In this document: piece after piece, positions 36,681-52,361 of the stretch
Layout: each line of letters begins with the position of its first letter
How positions within the stretch are numbered: position 1 is the stretch's first letter
NCBI GenBank assembly: GCA_002104905.1
Contig: MCFE01000089.1
Span: 112,664-176,663, forward strand
Reading direction: 5' to 3'
DNA length: 64,000 nt
Origin: Basidiobolus meristosporus CBS 931.73
Taxonomy: Eukaryota > Fungi > Basidiobolomycota
Made by a program: the position numbers and the translations under genes
The notes under the pieces: generated by a model
What the model saw: only the letters and a program-made list of their open reading frames with translations
What the model was told of the DNA's origin: nothing
Databases searched by the model: none

Positions 36681-39600
36681 GTTTGTGCAGAGGTAGGAGT
36701 ATTCTGTAAGCTTGACTAGATGAATGGGTGCTTAAAGCGTCTATTTGATGTTGAGTAATACTGGAAGGATGTTCCGTATGGCTACGTGGGTAGAAGGTAG
36801 GAGAAGCGATATTCCCGCAAGAGAAAAGCGAAAGCGATAGATAAAGCTAAGATGAAGCAAAGCTGAAGTAGTTCATCCTCAGGAGCATGCCCAATTTATG
36901 TGATCCGGAGGATAATTTGCGGATCTGAGGAACACTTCCAAGGGATGTATGGATGATTAGAAATCTGAAAATTTTTAGCTTTTAGTGACATAATATATGG
37001 TCAATATTCAAACGGAGTAAATCAATTTGGAATTATATGGAAAAATATCGAATGAAATCAAATCCTCCGGCAATGGGGATTGAGTGGAGCTAGGAATCAA
37101 GAAGAAACACCATAGATAAAACCATCGACGTTGGCGGATCAGGGATAGCCACCAGGTGTGACGCAGTATTAGTCTGAAGCCCGCTTGGTGGGAAAGTCGA
37201 CACTTCCTAAGCTCCCTCCTTCAGAAGCTCAGAAACCAATTGCCTGTTCTGCCGAAAATAGCCTGTGACAAAAGATCGCTGCCCGACCGTTTCATTGGTC
37301 AGTTTCAGCGGATGTTTCCGAGATTATATTAGTAAGGCTCATTGGCATCAGATTGAACCTCGAGTCCATTCCAGGCAGTGATTTCTGCGATATGAGAGGG
37401 CTGCTAATTGTCTTAGCAGCCCCTTGATAAGTCATTATGACTGATTGGTGAGGACGAATCAGAGGGAAATCTAGGATCTCCTGAAATCGATAGTGTATTT
37501 AATTTATTCATCATCCTATTCATGACGTCTATACGCGTCAAATCCTCGCCCTCACCCTTACGAGTAGCCAACATCCACCAGGACCATTCCTAATGAGGCT
37601 GTCATTCAAAACCTGCAGCAACCAGATAATCTAGATTTCTTCGCAGCAAATGAGCACCTGGTGGGTTCCATTTTTCCATGCTGGAAGCTCCCGCCCGCCG
37701 ATGGTTGGCTTAATCAACCCGCATTCTACTCAACAATCCATTTTGAGGAATCCGACTTAGCAGGTCAGACAGTCTCCACTTATGTTGCTGTCTCATATGA
37801 GGTTTCATGTGTCTCCTCAGATCGCTACCATCTTTACCACCTGCTGCATGCTCGAAAAGCTATGCCTCAGGTGTGACATGGCACTATGCCCCAATCGTTG
37901 CTGGCACTCCTTGGTCAATAGATCTAGGCTTGCAATGAGCGCGGCTATTTGGTGCTGGTGGGGTGCGAATGCTGTCCAAATGGATCCATCATTAGGATGC
38001 ATTCCGTGTCCATAGCTTGACCAGTGTGGGGTAGGCGAAACTAGAACTGCAGGTGGCTAATTAACCAGTAATGTATCCCCAATAGACTGGAATTGCCCTT
38101 GATGTGCAGAATTAAATATGAAATATACGTACGAAGTATAAACTGGCTGCAATCTAACTCCAAACTAGGCCATCTGGATTTGTATTGTCTGTAAGAGGAT
38201 TACCGGAAACACCAAGTGGCTAATTGAATATAGCTAGCCTACTGCATCCAGGATATGTTAGTCTGATATGCTACAAGTCGAGCAGAAGTAGCGCTCTAGT
38301 TGGCTGTGCTCCGACAGACACTTCTGTTGGTTTACGTTTACACACCACAGAAGTCTTCGAGATAGTTGGTTGAACTGAAGGTCCTTGTGCCAGCGTCCTG
38401 AAATTGGCACGAACCTTCCACCTATGCAAAGCCCTCAACAACCATTTAATCGCTGCTTGCAACCTGGGATTTCCAAGAATTCTGAACCAGCCAGCATTTC
38501 AAGGCTAAGGCAACGTCGAAGCCACCACTTACCCAGTTAAGGATTCTCGCAGGACGACGCCCAGCCTACTTTCAAGATTCTTGGGGACCTGACGAAAGTG
38601 GAGGCCTAAAATGGGGCGCCTTGCACAAGACAACTGAAACATATTAAATTTGCTGCTGGTTTATCCAATTAAGCTAAATACTGATTTAGTCCATCACGAA
38701 AATGGTTAAAGCAGCCGTGTCATACTTGGACCAAACTTCAGGTATGGCCATCAACCTCACGTTGATCGACCCTTCGACAAAATATAGGGAAGGTTTGATT
38801 GCATCTAGCTCCAAGTCAGCATTTGTAATGCGATGGGTGATAATTGGGGGCATTAAGCCCTTGGCTGAGATTGTTCAGGCTTCTGTGCAGTGCACCAGGT
38901 ACACGTTAGGGCTATGGATTCATAGATTCCAATTCCGTGGTCAGATACACATCCTGCAATGACGAACAATCATCGATACTGCAGATACATGTATATTACA
39001 TAAAACAGGCCCATATAGGAGATAACGATAATAACTGGCTTTCCATTACTGTGCTTCATATACGTATTTTCTGCATCATTAATCAACCACATCTCGCTTG
39101 GATTTTGCCCAGTTTGGGAAGGCGCGTGAATGGAGTAAGTCGACAAGCTCGAATTGATGGCAACTATAGTCTGCTTCTCTGATGTGATATCGGGCATAGA
39201 TCATACTCAGCTACTTCCAACACCGAGCATTGTGATATTGCGGTTCCACTAGCTTTGCCGCTTTGCTAGGGAGTTGAGCTTCAAGGACCTAATGAGAGAG
39301 AGTTTCTACCATCCGCAAGAAGGGGGCGAGCTATGCCATCCTCTTTGCATGACTAACGGAGGATATCTGATCTGGCTGAAGCTTGGCCTTGCTAAGGCTG
39401 GATAGCCATGATGGCGGAGCCATACCATTGCCATATTCTGTTTGTGGGCAATATAGCTGTATTGGAAACGCCAGGTTTCACGGGAAGGGGAAGCGGCAAA
39501 ATATTGATGGCTATTTAGGCCGAATATCAAGCCCCTACAAATCCATTACGTCGCATTGTCATCCACAGCTTTGCTGCCATTCTTGGATGTTATCTCCCCA

Positions 39601-40643
39601 TGCTTTCACTAGTACGACGCCGTCTGCTTATTTCTCTGAAACTGGCTGAATGAGCACCCATGTCTAATCAAGCTCAGCAACTTGGATGCTGAGTGGCCCT
39701 ATTCATCCTAATTCTGGTAGGCAGCGTGTATGATGTTGGCACACCACCTGCATATACTCATCAATTGGGGAGATTACTAAGTCTTGGTGGCTGATTTTCC
39801 AGGAATATCAACAATGTGTCGTAACCCCCAACCCACACAACCGCTCAAGAGCATGCAGCATCATTGTAGCTAACAATGTAGCCTGATCGCCCAACAAGTA
39901 TCGCACGTCAGGCTCAGGTATGGAATACACCTGAAATAGATCCGTGAGCGCGCAGTAGAGTCAGTGGAGCATAGCACACATCATGAGGTTTGGCCCGATT
40001 CGTTGGCTGAGTGGCATTGTAAAACCACTGAGGTTTCAATGAGGTCCTCTGACATCATGGATATGAAAACCAGGATTTCCAGGCTCGATCTGGTAGGGTT
40101 GACATCAATTGATGCATTGGATCTCTCCCTGAGGCGGGGCATAGTAGATGGACATGCAGGGTGAGTATGAGAAAGAGTGCATTCCATGAGCACCTGGAAG
40201 GTAAGGTGCAGTGCGTCCTGAGGAATCAGAGGACTTTTCAGGAGGCTGCATCGGCTACGTTCATTTCATTTCAACCTAGCCAGCCAAGCACTGCTATTCT
40301 CCTCCCAAATGAGATATGGTACAAACAGCACACACAGATAGGCTGGAACAGTGAATGAAACTGCAACAGTAATACAAGGGCAGAGTTCTAGTTGATCCTC
40401 GATCAAACGCGTGATGCACCAGTAGGTCAATGACATAGCACCACAAGGTAGGCACACCTCCGAAGATTGCTGTTGCTCTCCTCATTGATGCTATGCATGC
40501 CCTAATATCTCCGATCCATGGTTATTGATGTCTCAGTATTGTAGAGGGGATTTCCTGATTCTCCTTGATCACTGTCGGATTTTAGGTTGCATTTGCTCAT
40601 ATAAAGCCTGATCTGAGGGACTGTCCCAAATAATATTGTCTAC

Positions 40644-42905
<2,262 letters not shown>

Positions 42906-43444
42906 GCTAGCTCTTAGGGAGAGAAAACGGAGAGGGGATGGTGGTGTATTATATTTTCAACATATTTTCTTTTATCTGAAAAGGTGGAATTAATTCATAA
43001 TTGTTTTGTATATGTACATTGATACCATTTACCCCCCCCCCCCCACAAGTTCCTTTTTACATTTCATTAGTACACGCTTTTTTTGTACAGACTGATCCTC
43101 TACCGAACTAGAATATATTTTTATAGGCTGCGAACTGCTAGATACCTCTTACACAGCGTCAATACGAGGTGTGTGCTGACTCAATAAATTATACATACAG
43201 TTTATCGATAGCTATGTCTATGCGTCATGGGATGCGACTTGGTAGCGCATTAGCAGATTATCCGAGAAGAATACTCCTATGTTCCCATGTAGGACCAAAC
43301 AAATATTTAGTGTAGTTCTGGGAATTGCTGGAAATATCCCAAATTTGATTGCCAATTAGGAAAATATTGGTAAGTATCAACAATACCTTATATTACAATA
43401 AGGGTTTGTTTGATTTCTTTTATTTCCAGATTTATCTGCTCAAC

Positions 43445-44421
43445 ATGTCCAGCTGCCCTGTAGCCCGAGCACTTGAGGTAACGCAAGCAGTTAGAATCCA
43501 AAGCTGACTTTCATAGAAATCTCACGAGAGGCTATTCTAGGCAGGAGTGGAATTCTACGACGCTCTGGAGGAAGAATTTTTCTCTCTAGAGTGAGTTCTT
43601 AGCACCCATCTTGGTACTCGACATCTACTAATCTGGCTGAATCGGTTTCGCTTCCAGAGACGACAAATTGCTTCTGAAATGGTTCACTGTTCAAAATCTA
43701 CCGGAGAGCGTTCGGGACTGGACCTTTGATCTGGTTAAGCGAAACATGGAGGCTATGTAGGTCACGTTCACAGGCGATTTTCCATAGCAAGTGTTGACGT
43801 TTCCTAGGTATCGCCAAGCCAAGTGTGGTTGGTCAGACGAAGAGAAGTGGGAGGAAATGTTTGACGATGAAACCAACCGCTTCTTGGTCGTATTTGACCA
43901 GCTCAACAACGCGCCTGTTGGGTTTATTATGCTTCAATTTTGTTACGAAGAAGACGCTAATGAAGAAGAAGTGGCAGTGGTGTATTGGTACTCAAACATG
44001 GAAAAGTTGCCAAGTAATTATTTGGTCTAATAATTGATGCATTTCTAGTATGGAAATCCAGATTGAAAAGGAATGGCGTGGTAAAAGAATCGGCCAATTC
44101 TTGATGTCACAGCTTGAGAAGGTTGGGAAGAAGTGGAATATGACCAAATCAATGTTAACCGTATTCATAAGTAAGTGCGTAGTGTGCTATTCATCCATTT
44201 CAAGTACTCACCGACCTCAAACCTGCTTTAGCCAACCAGCCAGCATATCGTTTTTATATCCAACTAGGGTAATACGTTTTATGAACCTAACTTCTTTTAC
44301 CTGACACTCAAAGAAACCCCATGTTAGTTACAAGCCGGACGAAGTTTCGCCAAGTCAGATCCTTTCACGATCGGAAGCACAAAAATATGATTATGAAATC
44401 ATGAGCAAATACCTAGGATAG
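43445..44421 (+). CDS. NAA40: N-alpha-acetyltransferase 40 (NatD/Nat4, histone H4/H2A), multi-exon
   Basis: Exon peptides FDLVKRNMEAMY, GWSDEEKWEEMFD, VGFIMLQFCYEE..VVY, EIQIEKEWRGKRIGQFLM..MLTVF and YEIMSK. Confidence 0.82.
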
Positions 44422-44978
44422 AAATGTATACCCATAGAGTGTGGGCGCAACACTTAATTCTAATTAGTGTTCGATGTATACAATTAGACAGTTCAATACA
44501 GAGCAACCACTGTACTCTGGAGCTTGTTCATAGTGTGACGTGACATATTAAACGTACGAGTACTCTGTTCATAAGGTATTTCTTTACATGATGATGGGGA
44601 GTACTTGGCGATTCTTGTCATTGAACAGGCCATGCCGCAGGATGCTGTTGTAACGTTTTTCTCGAGCTACATTATATCCTTCAATCTATATTGTGAAATA
44701 GGCAAATTCACTTAGTCTGAGCAATCACATTGTGTTCAATTAATGTTTAGTGACTTGATTGCTGGTGCGGAATTGAGTGTCAAAGTGTTGGCGACGTACA
44801 GATGCAGCATGTAGTTGTTGTTGAATGTTACGATGTTCTGTGGAGCTTACACTTTAGTTATCCTCATCAATTATGGGTCAAGGTAGGCACCGCTACCTGT
44901 GAGCACAAGAATTCATAACAAAGGTTGCTTGGCTATACCACATGCAGAGATGAGTTTATTGAATTGAAATTCCATTAA

Positions 44979-46228
44979 TCAACCAAAAATATCTTCGCGT
45001 CGATGATTCAAGACCGGCATGGAGCGACGAACCTTCTGTATCCAGTCAGAATCGATCTCTGCAATGGCCAGAAGTGGCTCGTTAACCTCAGGACAGCGAG
45101 CAAGGATTGTACCCCAGGGGTCGACGATCTGTTGGGTTAAATCCATTAACCATGCAACACGCGGATGAGGATATGGAGCATTCTTACCATAGCATGTCCG
45201 TAGCTCTCTCGCTTTTCGTTGTGCTTTCCGATCTGGGCGGCTGCCACCACGTATGTCTGAGTTTCAATGGCTCGAGATCTAAGCAGCATTTCTAGTTCGA
45301 TAGTAAGCCAGCTTGTGAGTTTGTGAATATGGGGTAGCAAAACGTAGTGAATCCAGTGTACCCCAGTGCGCCTGCCCAGTTTTCACTGTAAACGCGGATG
45401 GATATGTGATAATCTCTGCTCCCTTTTTGCGTAAGCTTTGACTGAGCTCGGGGAATCTCAGGTCGTAGCACTATCACAGGTTCTTTAGTGTCGTGCAGAA
45501 TCAAGTGCAATGTTGCTGAAATCTTACGATAGCGAGGCCAACTCTTCCCACTGGTGTTTCCACTGGATCGACCACTCTATTTCCAGCTAGGGTGTTTTCA
45601 CTTTCCAACAATCTAGGGCCATTTTTGATGTCCTAGGTGAACCAAGGTTAGCTGCAACCCTAGTAAATATATGTCCAAGTGCCCAGAAATTTACCACATC
45701 AAACAGGTGTATCTTATGATAGGTTTCCACTACATTGCCGGCATCGGAAATGACAATGTTCGAATTGTATAATTTGCGCTCTTCCGAGGTCTGGTATTTA
45801 AGTGTTTCCATGTTTTTTAGTAAGCCTCGGAATGTCTTATCAATTGATATTCCAAACGAGGAACAAGCCCACCTTTTGATGAAGCCCAATGGATACCCAC
45901 ATGTTATGCTCAGTCGCTGCCTGTTTTATCCCATCCAGGAAGGAGGCCTCCCAGTTTTTCGTCAATTCAAAAGCCACGTCTTTTGAGGGTGCAATAAAGT
46001 CGGAGGCCTCAGGGAAAAACACCATCTTCGTGGCAGAGGGGCAAGTAAAAGGTGAGTTTCGCGAATTCAAATCAAAGTAAGAATGGCTAGAACGACATTT
46101 ACTTTTACCCCACGTTCATTAGCTTGCCGTATCAAATTAACACAGGTGCTCAAGTTATGCTCTACTTGGGAAGTGGCACAGAATTGGGCAACTGCAATAA
46201 GTTGTCGTAGCTTTGGAAGAGTTGACAT
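44979..46228 (-). CDS. Nitrilase-superfamily amidase, Nit1 type (deaminated glutathione amidase-like), multi-exon
   Basis: Spliced [35 protein letters not shown] (E-K-C triad), [38 protein letters not shown]. Confidence 0.9.
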
Positions 46229-46880
46229 GAGTTGATGATTCTTTATCAGCAGGTATGGGGAATAGCCTCGTCACTTCCACTCTGGTTGGAAAACACTGTC
46301 CAATAGACAAATTAATAGATTCTAGCCTGCAGCCACGAATACGCCTACGGTTCATGCTAGTGTGGGGATAATCTTGTCAATTTCCCTGAATGATGGATGA
46401 TCATTCAGAGTCATATATTGCGTCATACTTGCTATTAATTGTGAATATTGCAGAGCTACTTTCAGTGGCAAAACTCCTCCCAGCGCCTTAAATCTCGGAT
46501 TATTGAATAAGCTGGGTTTGGAATGTAGCTAGTTTCTATTCTCCACAAAGCAGCGCGTTGTCGGGAAAGATCAAATGACGAGAGTCGCAAATATTTGATT
46601 GTAAATATCAACGACTTCCGACCAACACAGTTAGGGGCCACGATATTGGAGGGCCCTGAAAATCACCGATAAGCCATCGACGTGACTACCCAGTTCAACC
46701 CAAATCAAATATGTTTTTAATATTAAGCAATGACAGCTACATGATTGAGATAATCGGAAAAGCTTTGTATAAGCCATAGTGCTCACAAACTGTATACTTC
46801 AGAATACTCATATTGGCGAATGGATATAGTTGCCTCTCTACAATAAGAATTGACAACGTGTTGCTGGCCTAGGGGATGGT

Positions 46881-47669
46881 TTAACCCAACAAGGGTGCTT
46901 GCTCTGCCTCCGATGCTCTTCCGGAAACCAAAGGCTTGACGCTGTAAATAAGCACTGCAATTGATAAACCCAACGCGGTCCAATGGATGGCAGGCTCATG
47001 CTGTTGAACAAATATCGCAAGTAGAGACCATGCAATAACAAATGCTCCAACCAGATCGCCCTTCTTGTATTCGGTATATCCAATACCAGTCGATCCTAAG
47101 AATACCAATCCGAAAATGACGAAGATGACTTGGAGTGTGGAGGGCCCATCTACATGAGTGCGGGTGAATGCAGCGAAGGCATTGACAACTGCGACGACGA
47201 CTATCCAGGCATGGTAAATAGAGAAAGGTGCATGGACAAACAAGGCGTCTGCCCAATTGCGCACTGCGAAGTCCGACTTCAAGCGATGATAGATGCTAGA
47301 AATAATGCCAGCAATGAAGAGAACAATCAACAAGGAAGTAATACGATGACCTTGCTCCCATAAATGAAGCCACAGACTGTGTAGAATAGCACTGGAGGCG
47401 AACCACCAGCCAACCCCGTCCTTAACAACGTCATCTGCAGTGTCAAACCATTGGTAAATGATGAATCCGAGTAAGAGGAAGTGAGTGAGTCCATAAGCAG
47501 CGAAGGCGAAAGGAGCAGGAGTTATGTAAGTAGGATGCTTGGCATCAGGAGTGTACGGTCCGTTGACGTTTTCTGGTCCAACAACAGCGTATATGTTGTC
47601 ACTTAAGAAATAGAAATAGACAATCACGTTGACTACTTTGAGCCAAAGGTGCTCTTTAGAGAAAGCCAT
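46881..47669 (-). CDS. Uncharacterised multi-pass membrane protein (TspO/tryptophan-rich-sensory-like)
   Basis: Long hydrophobic ORF with TYITPAPFAFAAYGLTH and PFSIYHAWI motifs. The likely start is MAFSKEHL at 47669 rather than the GTG at 47756. Confidence 0.7.
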   Translation of the reverse strand: MAFSKEHLWLKVVNVIVYFYFLSDNIYAVVGPENVNGPYTPDAKHPTYITPAPFAFAAYGLTHFLLLGFIIYQWFDTADDVVKDGVGWWFASSAILHSLWLHLWEQGHRITSLLIVLFIAGIISSIYHRLKSDFAVRNWADALFVHAPFSIYHAWIVVVAVVNAFAAFTRTHVDGPSTLQVIFVIFGLVFLGSTGIGYTEYKKGDLVGAFVIAWSLLAIFVQQHEPAIHWTALGLSIAVLIYSVKPLVSGRASEAEQAPLLG

Positions 47670-49407
47670 TAGTAAGTCAATGAAGAGAGGTGGAGATGAA
47701 GGTGACAATGCATTGAGTGAAGACGTGAGGCCAATATATACATGAATCAACGTCACGAGATTCTAGAATTGGGATTGCATTTCTATTGAATAAAGCATTT
47801 TATGACATTGCCTTGTATTACATATGACATAATAAAGCTGACCCTTTGGTTTCATTTCGAACTACACATTTCACTTACGAATCCTACCAACTTCATCTTC
47901 CTAGCTAGTATATATTAATGACGTCCACTCAGTCGTATGCATTGTAGATTAACTGGATAAAACCAATCAATTCGGATGCTGGTGTTGCTGATTGTCTAGT
48001 CCAATCCAACCTGTATTAAAATAGAAAACCTAGTAAACACACGCTCAACTGTGGTCCCCCTATCGCAGTAGGGGGTCCTCGCCTGTGCTGATAATTTGTA
48101 GATCCAGTATGAATGATGTCTAAGGGATCCAGGAGGTTTGTTTATTGAAAAGCAGAACAGAACTGCCTACCGGCAATCTAAATCCTAGGATAGCATTGCC
48201 TAGTTCATTGAGGGCATAGGAACGCAGCTAGAATACAGTTGGCTGTTTCACTGTGCAACCACTCGCGGGCAGTAATAGCCGCTGGTGGTGAGCCTGAAGT
48301 CAGGTAACAATCCACCTTCCAAATCGAGGGTAGTCCATACATCAGAGATCATACCTCACTCAATGACTGGCAATTCCCAATCGCTGTTCAATAAGAATCA
48401 TGTAGTAGGGGCAGCTGGATGATGATCCTGGAAGCATGTCTCATAGCTACTTCCTTAAGTAATCAAACAAAGTAACGTGGTGATGCTACTAGCTAAAAAC
48501 CCCATTGCGGTTCATTCTCATTAGATATGTTGGTTGTTGCCTAGCATTGATGTTGGCAAAGATTGCGACTGGGCAATGCGCAGCCCCTAGCTTTTAAGGC
48601 CAAATTCAAGGCTGGATGATACGTGATGGCGCGTGAGAAACGTCGCCCCCTGAGTTCGAAAAGTATCGCCATATCATGGATAAAAGGTTAGAGTTCGTAC
48701 TCTAAAATCAGTGCATTGTTGGCAAAGCAGTTCAGAATACTCCGCTCTATATCCATTCTAGGTTGGGCCCTCCAACTAGTGGTACAGTGCCATGATGATA
48801 ATCTCTGGTGCTATGCCTATCGCTGATAGATGGGCACGGTTGATGGCTTAGCTAACAACTACATTGCGGGATTGGTTTTTCAGAATATCTTTTGCATGCC
48901 AATACCCAGAATGTGAAAGAACTATCAGCGGTCACGATACATTGGTACAAGAGGATTCTGACGGCTCCTTCATCACCATGCGGGCCTACAATAATTTACG
49001 TAATCCTAGTCTGCTGAATGCCTGGCCTTTTACCAAGTTCCTGCTCTTGCAACAGGTGGTAAATCATAGTATTTGCTAAATCTAGTTTACTAAGTATCAG
49101 TGCCGGTTATCAATCTCCGCTGTGTGAGTAAATACTAGTCAATCAATTTTACGTACTCTGCTACTCTGAGTCAAGGAATCTGCCTCATGTTTTTAGAACT
49201 CTCATCTTTGTAATGATGGACATCTTGGCCTGGGATATTGACGCATCATTTACTATTATGGCATGTCTGGTCACTCTTCACAACCAATAGGGTCCATCCA
49301 TGTATCGGCTGGTCCATATTGGTATGCGTCATTACTTGCGGAAACCTAAATGTGCCCAAAGCGAACAGGACGGTATATATATACATGATCATGTCCGCTC
49401 TCTCCAT

Positions 49408-50271
49408 ATGACACTAATGCCAGTTTCCGAGATTTCCAGTTTTTCTTTACAAGAATATTTCAACCGTATTGGGTTTGAAAGCGACGGAAACCCGCCACCA
49501 ACTTTGGAGACTCTTCAAAAGCTGCACTACCTGCATAGACAGAGCATCCCATTTGAGAACCTCGCCCTCCATTATGGTCCTGAGAAGGGGATTAGCATTG
49601 AGCCCGAGAAAATATTCCATAAATTGGTAACAAAGAGACGTGGAGGATATTGTTTTGAACAAAACAGCCTATTTAGCAGAGTTCTAAAAGAACTTGGATA
49701 CACATTATATACTGGTATGGCTTCTGTTGCTGAAGAGCTTGAAGGCGAACTTCGCTATCTGGGACGTAGCCATATGTTAATATTTGTGAAGTACGATGAA
49801 CAGTTGTACTTGGCGGATGTAGGTTTTGGCTCACCTGGAACTGGTGCAATACTTCCAATACAGGAGGACCTCTCCTTCAGTGCCATAGGAAACCAAGAAT
49901 ATCGCTTCAGGCGCATTTGCCATCCAGAAGGCGCACGGCTCGATTTGTGTCCAACCGGTCTTCTGCTGGAACATCGCTATACGCAACCGGAAGTGTCCCC
50001 ATGGAAGCCTATGTATTTCTTAACTTTCACTGAGTTTACCCACCTTGACTATGAACTAGCCAACTATTATACGTCAACTAATCCTAAAACCATTTTCCTT
50101 CGCCATAAAATCGTCGGTATTCCAACATTGGATGGTCGAGTCACCCTGCTCGACAAAGAATTGAGAATACGAAAGCACAATGGCGAGGTGACTAGAATCA
50201 CCCTAAAGGATGAAGATGAAGTAAAGTCCGCCCTCAATGAGCATTTTGGCATTGTCCTTGATGAAGAATAA
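49408..50271 (+). CDS. Arylamine N-acetyltransferase, intronless
   Basis: YFNRIG, IPFENL, RRGGYCFEQN (Cys), RSHM (His) and LADVGFG (Asp) catalytic triad. The likely start is ATG 49408 or 49417. Confidence 0.92.
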   Translation: MTLMPVSEISSFSLQEYFNRIGFESDGNPPPTLETLQKLHYLHRQSIPFENLALHYGPEKGISIEPEKIFHKLVTKRRGGYCFEQNSLFSRVLKELGYTLYTGMASVAEELEGELRYLGRSHMLIFVKYDEQLYLADVGFGSPGTGAILPIQEDLSFSAIGNQEYRFRRICHPEGARLDLCPTGLLLEHRYTQPEVSPWKPMYFLTFTEFTHLDYELANYYTSTNPKTIFLRHKIVGIPTLDGRVTLLDKELRIRKHNGEVTRITLKDEDEVKSALNEHFGIVLDEE

Positions 50272-50825
50272 AGGTTCCAATCTACAACCGCGGGGGTCAA
50301 TAAACAATAATTATTCCAACCAAGCTTTCTGGCCACATATGGGCGGTGCAATGATGATATTCCAAATCAAACCCACACAAGGAGCAACACCTGTACATCG
50401 TAACCTTGGTGGAACACATGGCTGCCCTCTGACTTGTGTGGGCTATATTTGGGAGACTGTGTGGACATTTGTACCAGGAATTTTCAGTAGTCATTCTAGT
50501 AAAACTATTTTGGACATGCGGCTAGAATTGTATCATAAAGGTCAGACATGTTTAAGCTTCGCCTAACCCAAACTGGAGGGCGACCTATGGACAAGCACCT
50601 GTAGGCGAAGGTTGTGCACTGGACTCGACAAGAGTGCTCAGCGGATTTACAACCGGGGTGAGAAGTCTTTCGTCTTTGGCAAGCATAGCCAATGTGTGAA
50701 TTATTGGATACCGGAGACGGTTATTTTATAGGTAATGGTATTTTCACAGTAAGAGGGCTTAGTCATTCACTTGATTCGATCCATACAGTGAATTCCAATG
50801 TGGCTTTGTGCGTGTCCTGGTAGTA

Positions 50826-52361
50826 TTAATAGGAAAATCGAAAATCTAGGCGGTCATTCCCAACGTGGTGTGTGGTTAGAGCGTAGTGTTTTCTTTCCTC
50901 CTCAGTCATGGAGTTCCAAATCCTATCCCTCTTACGATCTAGATACACATAATGGTGCCGCTGGGCGAGAAAAAGAAGTATGGAGAAACTAGCGATACCA
51001 ATGTTGATCCAATTTCCTCTATGGAATCTCGGTTTGTCGTCATCTCTGTAAATTTGACTGCTGATAAGTCCATTGATGTTGACTGACATGATGTACATAG
51101 CTAATGCGATCGATCTTTTGCCCATCGGTGCAACATTTTCCGTGAGCCAGGCTGCATTGATCGGATGCCAGTACGGCCAACCGACAGTGAAGATCACCAC
51201 AGCATAGAGTGGCCATTTGCCAACAGAATCTGGTAAAAACTCCAACAGGAGCACTCCAAGCAGAAACCAGGTCATCCCAAACACCCCGTGCCACGCGCGA
51301 TCTTTCACCCGATCACTGTTGCGCGTCAGGGCAAGCATGAACAGGAGCTTGAGGAGATGCGCAGGAACTGTCAATAGGTTACTAGTGACAGTGTTGAATC
51401 CGAAGCCCTTGATCATCAGTGGCATATATGAGGTGACAGGAGCTGGGGCCATCAGGCCAAAGAAACCTATCAGAACATGGCCCCAAACCCGCGAATCCTT
51501 CAGCGCACTTGTTAGATCTCCCAGATTCGCACCTTTTCTTTGGCCATTTGCCTTACTAGGGTCATCCCGGATCAAGCGAGTAACGAGAATCTTGACCTGC
51601 CTATCATTAAACCAACCGTCCTTACCTCTTAGGAGCCCCTTAGTCTTGGAAGGTCCTGCTGGGAGATAAAAGAATGAAACTAGCGCCACTATCACCGTGC
51701 CTACACCATCGATTAGAAATAGCCATTGCCATCCTTTAAGACCGCACACACTGCGGAGTCTAAGAACACCAAAAGCAATGAGCCCAGACGAAGCATCGGC
51801 CAGAGCTAGAACGCCCCAGAACCAAGATAATCGGGTAGCCAGCTCATCCCTAGTGTAGTAGGTAGTCATATACAGGATAATGCCAGGTATGTAGCCGGCC
51901 TCAGTTAGGCCAAGAAAGAATCGCGAGAGATAAAAGGTTGTCCTGTCGTACATAAACGTCTGCGCCCAACTCACGGTGCCCCACAGAAACATCAGAAAAG
52001 GAATCCATCTCTCCGCACCAACCCGCCGAATGACCATATTCGAAGGGATTTCTAAACTGACAAATGACAGGACAAAAATGATTGTTCCAACATTCACCTC
52101 GTTAATGGTCATTCCAAGGTCCTCGGCGAAATTATCAGTCATTGCATTGGACAAATTGCCGCGGTCCAGTTGAAGGAAAAAAAACATCAGCCCAATCCAT
52201 GTCATCACACGAAGATCCACCTTACGGACAAGAGCTTTCTCTTCCTCTGCTGTCCATGTGATGCTGGGGTCACAGTTGTCAATGTGATCAAATTGCGCAT
52301 GCTCTACATACCGCGACTTCGGGGCACCTTCGAGTAGCGCCTGTTTCTTTTCAAAGACCAT
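50826..52361 (-). CDS. MFS transporter, anion:cation symporter (DAL5/allantoate permease-like) family, 511 aa
   Basis: EEKALVRKVDLRV..LDRGNLSNA, EIPSN, RFFLGLTEAG..PG, GWQWLFLIDG, and multiple TM segments. Confidence 0.9.
   Translation of the reverse strand: MVFEKKQALLEGAPKSRYVEHAQFDHIDNCDPSITWTAEEEKALVRKVDLRVMTWIGLMFFFLQLDRGNLSNAMTDNFAEDLGMTINEVNVGTIIFVLSFVSLEIPSNMVIRRVGAERWIPFLMFLWGTVSWAQTFMYDRTTFYLSRFFLGLTEAGYIPGIILYMTTYYTRDELATRLSWFWGVLALADASSGLIAFGVLRLRSVCGLKGWQWLFLIDGVGTVIVALVSFFYLPAGPSKTKGLLRGKDGWFNDRQVKILVTRLIRDDPSKANGQRKGANLGDLTSALKDSRVWGHVLIGFFGLMAPAPVTSYMPLMIKGFGFNTVTSNLLTVPAHLLKLLFMLALTRNSDRVKDRAWHGVFGMTWFLLGVLLLEFLPDSVGKWPLYAVVIFTVGWPYWHPINAAWLTENVAPMGKRSIALAMYIMSVNINGLISSQIYRDDDKPRFHRGNWINIGIASFSILLFLAQRHHYVYLDRKRDRIWNSMTEEERKHYALTTHHVGNDRLDFRFSY

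Noticed and set aside
36900-40600. 3.7-kb gap with many 60-90 aa ORFs
   Set aside because: No coherent frame, motif or repeat was found. It may hide very old TE debris but there is no support for a call.
49300-49407. N-terminal extensions given by the ORF track for NAT (and 47670-47756 for the membrane protein)
   Set aside because: The extensions look non-homologous; downstream ATGs fit the family starts better.
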